Below, in pieces: positions 35,962 to 42,156 of a stretch of DNA of 42,156 bases. Each line of letters opens with the position of its first letter. Within the stretch, counting starts at the first letter, position 1. A model generated the notes under the pieces. The model worked only from the letters and a program-made list of their open reading frames with translations, was not told where the DNA came from and searched no databases. The DNA lies in assembly GCA_044238425.1 (NCBI GenBank), contig JBIIDI010000001.1, positions 1 to 42,156 on the forward strand, read 5' to 3'. The DNA is from Ilumatobacteraceae bacterium (lineage in GTDB: Bacteria > Actinomycetota > Acidimicrobiia > Acidimicrobiales > Ilumatobacteraceae). The position numbers and the translations under genes were made by a program.

Positions 35962-36045
35962 CGGGACGGGGTCACCAGGCGAGAGTCAACGGGACAGGGT
36001 CACCGGGACGGCGTCACCAGGAGACGGCAACGGGAATCGGCGCGT
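35943..36045. repeat. Imperfect ~42-bp tandem repeat, about 2.4 copies, spanning the RlpA-like stop, the intergenic spacer and the rsmA start
   Basis: Unit 35962-36003 (cgggacggggtcaccaggcgagagtcaacgggacagggtcac) is repeated at 36004-36045 (cgggacggcgtcaccaggagacggcaacggga...). A partial copy at 35943-35961 ends in the same acggga.agggtcac. Confidence 0.75.
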
Positions 36046-36541
36046 TGACGAGGTCGGAGAGAGCGAGGAACACCTGGGTGTGCAGCACGATCCGCGTTCC
36101 CGGCGGGATGCTCGGGGCGACGACGTTCGTGCATGACGTCGTGCGGCCGTTGTTCAGGTTGGTCACCCGCAACACCAGGCCGTACGGGGCCTCCGGGGCG
36201 TAACACACGTACGACGGGCCGCCCTGGAAGTTGCTGAACGAGGCGTTACCGGAGAGTCGTGCGGATTCGCTCGACGGGTAGGCGATGCGTGCCGATCCGC
36301 CGGGAGCGGCCGCCACCGGCCCATTGAGGATGACCGGCTCGGGCAACGAATCGGTCGCCGACTGTGCAGTCGATGCAGGCGGGGCGGTGAGGGAGATGCC
36401 TCCCTGCGGCCCGGCGACGGCGACGGCGGGTGAGTCGACCGAATCGTCGCCGCGCGATACCCACCAGAAGACGGGAAGCAGGACGAGCGACAGCGCACCG
36501 ACGACGAAGAGGCGACGACGATCGGAGGCGGTGAAAAACAC
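36014..36541 (-). CDS. Membrane-anchored RlpA-like double-psi beta-barrel (DPBB) domain protein
   Basis: An N-terminal TM (LFVVGALSLVLLPVFWW) is followed by a C-terminal ...GLVLRVTNLNNGRTTSCTNVV...GTRIVLHTQVFLALS...PVAVSW, which resembles RlpA/expansin-like DPBB. The start is GTG at 36541. Confidence 0.55.
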   Translation of the reverse strand: MFFTASDRRRLFVVGALSLVLLPVFWWVSRGDDSVDSPAVAVAGPQGGISLTAPPASTAQSATDSLPEPVILNGPVAAAPGGSARIAYPSSESARLSGNASFSNFQGGPSYVCYAPEAPYGLVLRVTNLNNGRTTSCTNVVAPSIPPGTRIVLHTQVFLALSDLVNAPIPVAVSW

Positions 36542-36553
36542 GGCCCCGTCACG

Positions 36554-37342
36554 CTACCGAGCGATGCCGGGGAAGGCCGCAGCCGCGTTCGCGCACGTCG
36601 CGGCGGCGAACTCGTCGATCGACTCTCCGCGTTGCGCCGCAAGGAATTCACCGACGACCGCGACGTGGGCGGGCTCGTTCTTGCGACCCCTGTGCGGCAC
36701 GGGTGCCAGCCACGGTGCATCCGTTTCGACGACGATCCGGTCGCGCGGACACCAGCGCGCAGCTTCGCGGATGTCCTCGGCGTTGCCGAAGGTGACGATG
36801 CCCGAGAACGACAGGTACGCGCCGCGCTCGACGCACGCACGTGCTTCGTTCACCGATCCGGTGAAGCAATGGAAGATGGTGCGCTCGGGCATGCCCTCTG
36901 CGTCGAGCACGTCAAACGTGTCGTCCCAGGCGTTGCGCGTGTGGATGACGAGAGGGAGCCGTGCGCGATGCGCAAGGTCGATGTGTCGTGCGAACACCTC
37001 GCGTTGCACGTCGCGCGCCGAATGGTCGTAGTAGAAGTCGAGACCGCATTCGCCGATGGCGACGATGCGCCGTTTCTCCTGTGTTTCCGGGTGTTCTGCA
37101 TCGACCAAAGTGGCGATGGTGTCGAAGCCGCGGGACGCGTCGTGCGGGTGCAGACCCACTGTGGCCCACACGTCGGAATGACGTGCCGCAATGTCGATCG
37201 CCTTCTGCGAGGTGTCGGCATCGGTGCCGATGACGATCATCGCGGCGACGCTCGCGTCACGAGCAGCGGCGAGAGAGCCGTCGGTGCCGCCCGGTGTCGT
37301 CTCGTCGTACACGTGACAGTGGGTGTCGATCCAGTGCGCCAC
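36554..37342 (-). CDS. TatD family metal-dependent hydrolase
   Basis: WIDTHCHV, VGLHPHDA, AIGECGLDFYY and VIHTR. The start is GTG at 37342. Confidence 0.92.
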   Translation of the reverse strand: MAHWIDTHCHVYDETTPGGTDGSLAAARDASVAAMIVIGTDADTSQKAIDIAARHSDVWATVGLHPHDASRGFDTIATLVDAEHPETQEKRRIVAIGECGLDFYYDHSARDVQREVFARHIDLAHRARLPLVIHTRNAWDDTFDVLDAEGMPERTIFHCFTGSVNEARACVERGAYLSFSGIVTFGNAEDIREAARWCPRDRIVVETDAPWLAPVPHRGRKNEPAHVAVVGEFLAAQRGESIDEFAAATCANAAAAFPGIAR

Positions 37343-37395
37343 GATGCGTCGTCCTCGTTACGTTTCCCTGTTGCGTTCCCGGATGCGACCTTCGT

Positions 37396-38901
37396 CTAGG
37401 CCTTCTTGCGCGGGAAGAGCGGTTCGCCCTTCTCGACGCGCAGTCCGCCGGGATACCCACCCCATGTCGTGTCGGGTCCGACACGACGATCCTCGATGTT
37501 GCCGGACAGTCCGAGTCGTCGCCAGATCTCCTGCGTTGTCGTCGGCAGGGCCGGGTGCGCGAGGATCGTGACGATGCGCAGCGCTTCGATCGCATCACCC
37601 ATGACGACGTCGACCTCGGGTCCCGGTGACATCTTCCACGGTTCGTTGCGCTCGAGATGTGCGTTCGTCGCGCGGATGAGGTTCCACGTTGCCTCGAGCG
37701 CACGACTCGGCTGCACGCTGCGCCATGCGGCGTCGGCGTCGGCGACCGTTTGCTTCGCTACCTCGGCGAGCGGCGAGTCGGCACGCGGTGCCGGTCCGAG
37801 TCCGTCGCACTTCTTCTCGACGACGGTGGCGATGCGCGCGGCGAGGTTGCCGAGGTTGTTCGCAAGATCCGAGTTGAAGCGACCGATGAGTCCCTCGTAG
37901 GTGAAGTCGCCGTCGTTTCCGTACACGGTGTCGGCGAGCACGTAGTAACGGAACCCGTCGACGCCGACGTCGTCGATGAGATCGAGCGGATTGACGACGT
38001 TTCCCGTGGTTTTCGACATCTTTTCGCCGCCGACGAGCAACCATCCGCCCACGGCCCAGCCGCGCGGCGGTTCGATGCCGGCCGACATGAGCATCGCCGG
38101 CCAGTACACGCAGTGGAAGCGAAGGATGTCCTTGCCGATGAAGTGCCAGTCGACGGGCCACCGTTGCGCGAATCGTTGCTCGTCGGTGCCGTAGCCGTGC
38201 GCCGTGATGTAGTTGGCGAGGGCGTCGAACCACACGTACGTAACGTGCGACGGATCCCACGGCAGGGGAATGCCCCACGTGAGCGTGCGGCGACTGATGG
38301 AGAAGTCGGCGAGTCCGCCCTTGATGAACCCGATCACCTCGTTGCGGCGGAACGTCGGCGTGATCGCGTCGGGATGGCGCTCGTACCACTCGAGCAGGCG
38401 GTCCTCGAAGCGCGAGAGACGGAAGAACCAGTTCTCTTCCTCGACGAACTCGACGGGACGCTTGTGGATCGGGCAGTTGCCGCCCTCGATCTCGGACTCG
38501 ATGTAGTACGCCTCGCAGGCGACGCAGTAGTGGCCGCGATAGACGTCCTTTTCGATGTCGCCCGCCGCGTAACACGCCTCGAGCAGTCGCTGCACGCCGA
38601 TCTTGTGACGCTCTTCGGTGGTGCGAATGAAGTCCTCGTAGCGCACGTTCAGTCGCTTCCACGCATCGGCGAAGAGGGGAGCAACGTCGTCGACGAATCG
38701 CTGCGGCGTCACGCCCGCCTCCTCGGCGGCGCGGGCGATCTTCAGCCCGTGTTCGTCGGTGCCCGTGAGGAGGTGCACGTCGTCACCGCACAGACGGTGC
38801 CAGCGACACACGGCGTCGGCAATGATCGTCGTGTACGCGTGACCGAGGTGCGGTTTGGCGTTGACGTAGTAGATCGGGGTGGTCGCCGAGAACTTTGCCA
38901 C
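37396..38901 (-). CDS. metG: Methionine--tRNA ligase (short form, without the C-terminal tRNA-binding domain)
   Basis: PIYYVNAKPHLGHAYT is the HIGH region and GEKMSKTTGNVV is the KMSKS region; 501 aa. The start is GTG at 38901. Confidence 0.95.
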   Translation of the reverse strand: MAKFSATTPIYYVNAKPHLGHAYTTIIADAVCRWHRLCGDDVHLLTGTDEHGLKIARAAEEAGVTPQRFVDDVAPLFADAWKRLNVRYEDFIRTTEERHKIGVQRLLEACYAAGDIEKDVYRGHYCVACEAYYIESEIEGGNCPIHKRPVEFVEEENWFFRLSRFEDRLLEWYERHPDAITPTFRRNEVIGFIKGGLADFSISRRTLTWGIPLPWDPSHVTYVWFDALANYITAHGYGTDEQRFAQRWPVDWHFIGKDILRFHCVYWPAMLMSAGIEPPRGWAVGGWLLVGGEKMSKTTGNVVNPLDLIDDVGVDGFRYYVLADTVYGNDGDFTYEGLIGRFNSDLANNLGNLAARIATVVEKKCDGLGPAPRADSPLAEVAKQTVADADAAWRSVQPSRALEATWNLIRATNAHLERNEPWKMSPGPEVDVVMGDAIEALRIVTILAHPALPTTTQEIWRRLGLSGNIEDRRVGPDTTWGGYPGGLRVEKGEPLFPRKKA

Positions 38902-38923
38902 CTCTCCAACCTACGCTGGCGAC

Positions 38924-39718
38924 GTGCCGTTTCAGTTCGACGATGCGACGGCGGTGACGTCGCTCGGTGACGGTCGGTACTCGGCTCGAGTCGTCGCCGG
39001 GTGGGACATCGGGGGAAACGCGAACGGCGGCTATCTCATGGCGCTGTGCGCGCGGGCAATGCGCGACGTCACAGGGGATCCGACGATTCTCAGCATGACG
39101 GGCAACTTCCTCGCACCGATCAACGATGCCGACGTCGTCATCGACGTCGAGTTGGTGAAGCGCGGTCGCACGGTGTCGACGACGCATGCCTCGATGCGCG
39201 CCGACGGTCGCGAAGTGTTGCGCGTCGTTGCGGTGACCGGCGAGTTGCCCCGCGACGCGTCTCCCGCGCACATGGCACCGATGCCCGAGATGCCGGCACC
39301 GGACGCGTGTTACCGGGACGACCGCGCCGACAGGTGGACGAAACCCGCGCTCGTCGACAAGATCACGCTGCAGCTGCATCCCGAGGACGCGGCGTTCATG
39401 GAGAAGCGGGTCATCGGCGTCGCGCGCATGCGCGGCTGGCTGTCGTTCGTCGACGAACGGCCGTTGGACGATCTCGCATTGCTGCTCGCCGTCGACGCGC
39501 TTCCGCCCGCGGTGTTCAACCTCGGTGGGGCGGTGCGGTGGGTGCCGACGATCCAGCTGACGACCTACGTGCGCAACCTTCCCGCGCCGGGCCCCGTGCT
39601 CGTCGTCGCGCACTGCGACCACGTGCAGGGAAACCTGCTCGACGAGAACGTCACGGTGTGGGACTCACGCGGCACGCTCGTCGCCCAGGCGCGCCAACTG
39701 GCAATGCACCGCGGCTAG
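38924..39718 (+). CDS. Acyl-CoA thioesterase-like (double hotdog) family protein
   Basis: ...GWDIGGNANGGYLMAL... and ...LLDENVTVWDSRGTLVAQARQLA resemble TesB-like/thioesterase-family proteins. GTG at 38924 avoids overlap with metG; the track start at 38879 is the alternative. Confidence 0.65.
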   Translation: MPFQFDDATAVTSLGDGRYSARVVAGWDIGGNANGGYLMALCARAMRDVTGDPTILSMTGNFLAPINDADVVIDVELVKRGRTVSTTHASMRADGREVLRVVAVTGELPRDASPAHMAPMPEMPAPDACYRDDRADRWTKPALVDKITLQLHPEDAAFMEKRVIGVARMRGWLSFVDERPLDDLALLLAVDALPPAVFNLGGAVRWVPTIQLTTYVRNLPAPGPVLVVAHCDHVQGNLLDENVTVWDSRGTLVAQARQLAMHRG

Positions 39719-40554
39719 TCGCGCTTCACGTCGAGGGCGAGCTCGTACGCGCGGCGGCGCGACACTCCGAGTTGTTCAGCCACCTCCGTTGCCGCATCCT
39801 TCGTCGACGTACCGGCCGCGATCTTTTCGCGTAACAGGCGCACGACGTCGTCGTCGGTCGCGGCGGTCGGTTCGGGTGCAGCGCCGACGACGATGACGTA
39901 CTCGCCGCGCGGCTCGGATTCGGCCAAGCGCGCAACGACGTCACCGAGTGTGCCGCGCACGATCTCCTCGTGCAATTTCGTGAGTTCGCGGGTGACCACG
40001 ACGCGACGCTGCGGCCCGCACGCGGCGAGCAAATCGTCGAGCGTGCGCTGCAGTCGGTGCGGCGCCTCGTAGAGCACCGTCGTGCGGCGTTCGTCGCGCA
40101 CGGCGGCGATGCGTTCGGTGCGTTGCGTGCCCGACCGGGGCAGGAATCCTTCGAAAACGAAGCGTCGAGTCGGCAGTCCGCTCGTCGTCAGCGCCATGAC
40201 GAGCGCGCTCGCGCCGGGTGCCGAGGTGACGCGAATTCCCGCACGCACGGCCTCGGCCACGACGTACTCACCCGGATCGCTGATGCCCGGTGATCCCGCA
40301 TCGGTGACGAGGGCGACGTCGACGCCCGACTGCAACAAGTCGACGATCGTTCGCGCGGCGTCGTACTCGGTGTGCTCGTTGACGACGATCATTCGCTCGG
40401 GAGAGATGCCGAAGTGCTGCAGCAGGCGTCCCGAACGTCTCGTGTCCTCGCAGCACACGATCGGGCAGGCGCGCAGCGTGTCGATCGCCCGTGCCGTCAT
40501 GTCACCGAGGTTGCCGATCGGCGTGGCGACAAGATGCAACGTGCCGGCCGTCAT
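39715..40554 (-). CDS. rsmI: 16S rRNA (cytidine1402-2'-O)-methyltransferase
   Basis: LHLVATPIGNLGDMTARAIDTL....CCEDTRRSGRLL. ATG at 40554 follows GAAGGTGG. The stop is shared as CTAG with the convergent thioesterase gene. Confidence 0.92.
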   Translation of the reverse strand: MTAGTLHLVATPIGNLGDMTARAIDTLRACPIVCCEDTRRSGRLLQHFGISPERMIVVNEHTEYDAARTIVDLLQSGVDVALVTDAGSPGISDPGEYVVAEAVRAGIRVTSAPGASALVMALTTSGLPTRRFVFEGFLPRSGTQRTERIAAVRDERRTTVLYEAPHRLQRTLDDLLAACGPQRRVVVTRELTKLHEEIVRGTLGDVVARLAESEPRGEYVIVVGAAPEPTAATDDDVVRLLREKIAAGTSTKDAATEVAEQLGVSRRRAYELALDVKRD

Positions 40555-40591
40555 CGCACCACCTTCGCGCCGCAGCACGGGATTGCCCTCG

Positions 40592-40936
40592 TCACGTGCG
40601 GCGCACGTCGACGACGTCTCCGAGCGCGAGTCCCCACCGGGCGAACGACCCGGCGCGAGCCTCGATGACCGTGCGTGCCGCGGGGACGGGCAGCGACATG
40701 CGCATCGGTTCCAGCCGCTGCACCCGCACGAGGCGCGAGTCGGCGTCGAGGTAGCCGACGTCGATCGGGTACCGCATACCGACGCTGTGCACCCAGCGGC
40801 ACTTGGGCAGGACGTAGGCAAATTCGCCCTCGCGACTGCCGATGAGACCGCGCATACGTTGCACTCGCGAGTCGGCCACGGTGGCACTGGCGATCACCCG
40901 CGCGCCGACGACGAGCCAGGCCTCTGCCATGTGCAT
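40592..40936 (-). CDS. DUF192 (COG1430) domain protein
   Basis: ...ATVADSRVQRMRGLIGS....VLPKCRWVHSVGMRYPIDVGYLD... is a DUF192-like pattern. The start is ATG 40936 or 40930. The upstream part of the 190-aa track ORF overlaps ychF and was rejected. Confidence 0.65.
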   Translation of the reverse strand: MHMAEAWLVVGARVIASATVADSRVQRMRGLIGSREGEFAYVLPKCRWVHSVGMRYPIDVGYLDADSRLVRVQRLEPMRMSLPVPAARTVIEARAGSFARWGLALGDVVDVRRT

Positions 40937-40947
40937 CACGTTACGGC

Positions 40948-42045
40948 TCAGACGTTGAAGCGGATCTCCATGACGTCGCCGTCGGCAACGACGTAGTCCT
41001 TGCCTTCGACGCGCAACTTGCCTGCGTCCTTGGCCTTGTTCCACGAGCCGAGACGGAGCAACTCGTCGCAGTGGATGACGTCGGCGCGGATGAAGCCGCG
41101 CTGCAGATCGGAATGGATCTTTCCGGCGCACTCGGGAGCCTTTGCGCCGGCCTTGAACGTCCATGCCCGCGATTCCTTCTCGCCGGTCGTGAAGAACGTG
41201 CGCAGGCCGAGCAGGTGGTACGCACTGCGAATCATGCGCGGCAATGCGCCCTCACCCAGGCCGAGTGCCTCGAGCATTTCCGTGCGGTCGGTACCCGTGA
41301 GCTGCGCCGCCTCGGCTTCGATCTGGATGCTCATGCCGAGCACTTCAACTTCATGCTCACTTGCCGAACCGGGTGGCGCGAGTTCGGCCGCGACGCGGGC
41401 GACCTGGGCGGGAATCGTGTCGAGTGCGTCTTCGGCGACGTTGACGACGGCGAGCACGCGACGCGAGGTGAGCAGGAAGTGCGGGGCGAGCAACTCGCGA
41501 TCCGCTTCCGACAACCCGGCGCGGTACAGCGGACGACCCTCGGACAATTGGGCGAGGGCGCGCTCGAGGGCGGCAACTTCGTCGCCAACCGACTTGTCCA
41601 TGCGCGCAGCTTTTTGCAGGCGCCCGAGGCGCGTCTCGACGGTTTCGAGGTCGGCGAGGGCGAGTTCGAGCTCGACGACTCGCAGGTGCTCGAGCGGATC
41701 GCTCGGTCCGGGAATGTCGTCGTTGACGAACGCGCGCAGCACGAACACGATGGCATCGACCTCGCGAATGTTGGCGAGGAACTTGTTGCCGAGACCTTCT
41801 CCCTTGCTCGCACCCTCGACGAGTCCGCCGATGTCGACGACTTCGACCGTTGCGGGAACGACCTTCGCGCTGCCCGACATGGCCGCAAGCGCATCGAGCC
41901 GCGGGTCGGGCACACGGGCGACGCCGATGTTCGGGTCCTTCGTCGCAAAGGGATAGGGGGCAGCGAGCGCATTCGACCCGGTGAGGGCGTTGTACAGGGA
42001 CGACTTTCCCGCATTCGGCAGGCCGACGAGTCCGAAACGCTCCAT
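40948..42045 (-). CDS. ychF: Redox-regulated ATPase YchF
   Basis: FGLVGLPNAGKSSLYNALT, with a TGS-like C-terminus ...GKDYVVADGDVMEIRFNV; 365 aa. Confidence 0.95.
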   Translation of the reverse strand: MERFGLVGLPNAGKSSLYNALTGSNALAAPYPFATKDPNIGVARVPDPRLDALAAMSGSAKVVPATVEVVDIGGLVEGASKGEGLGNKFLANIREVDAIVFVLRAFVNDDIPGPSDPLEHLRVVELELALADLETVETRLGRLQKAARMDKSVGDEVAALERALAQLSEGRPLYRAGLSEADRELLAPHFLLTSRRVLAVVNVAEDALDTIPAQVARVAAELAPPGSASEHEVEVLGMSIQIEAEAAQLTGTDRTEMLEALGLGEGALPRMIRSAYHLLGLRTFFTTGEKESRAWTFKAGAKAPECAGKIHSDLQRGFIRADVIHCDELLRLGSWNKAKDAGKLRVEGKDYVVADGDVMEIRFNV

Positions 42046-42115
42046 GAGCGCGTTGACGCTACTCGTCGGTGTGCCGTGGGCCCTCGGAAGCGTGCGCGGC
42101 GCCGCGATGTCGCGG

Positions 42116-42156
42116 CCGTGACGATCTATTGCCGTGTCGATCGATGACCGTGTCGA
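42116..42156. repeat. 16-bp tandem repeat, about 2.6 copies, truncated by the window edge
   Basis: ccgtgacgatctattg / ccgtgtcgatcgatga / ccgtgtcga start at 42116, 42132 and 42148, upstream of ychF. Confidence 0.5.

Overview
This is a dense, GC-rich chromosomal segment (about two-thirds G+C by eye, not computed) with Actinomycetota-type gene content and synteny. I call 41 CDS (36 on the minus strand, 5 on the plus strand) and one tRNA-Gln. Many genes are joined by 1-4 nt start/stop overlaps. Reading the minus strand from the right edge: ychF, DUF192, rsmI, metG, tatD, an RlpA-like DPBB protein (in the slot rpfB holds in mycobacteria), rsmA, ispE, tRNA-Gln, a C-terminally short glmU, prs, rplY, pth, mfd, a PpiC-type lipoprotein, a YabN-type mazG fusion, eno and an ftsB-like gene. 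The usual continuation (DUF501, ppx) is displaced by about 11.3 kb. That block carries an orphan form-II CoxL-like Mo-hydroxylase subunit translationally coupled to an ABC-2 exporter, an atypical SDR, coxD/E/F-like maturation genes (MoxR, VWA, split XdhC), an NlpC/P60 hydrolase, a MocA/MobA-like nucleotidyltransferase and a membrane-anchored CoxG. After DUF501-ppx-GNAT comes a six-gene, fully translationally coupled operon joining a CUT2-type ABC importer to a second form-II CoxLSM-like enzyme, then a structured repeat array and a partial OYE-family flavoenzyme gene. I saw no rRNA, CRISPR, transposase or integrase. The most interesting items are the two transporter-coupled Mo-hydroxylase modules of unknown substrate. 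Others are a tRNA whose encoded CCA end overlaps the glmU start codon, a glmU lacking its acetyltransferase C-terminus, and several unexplained repeat and palindrome arrays. All family calls come from motif recognition by eye; no database search was run.
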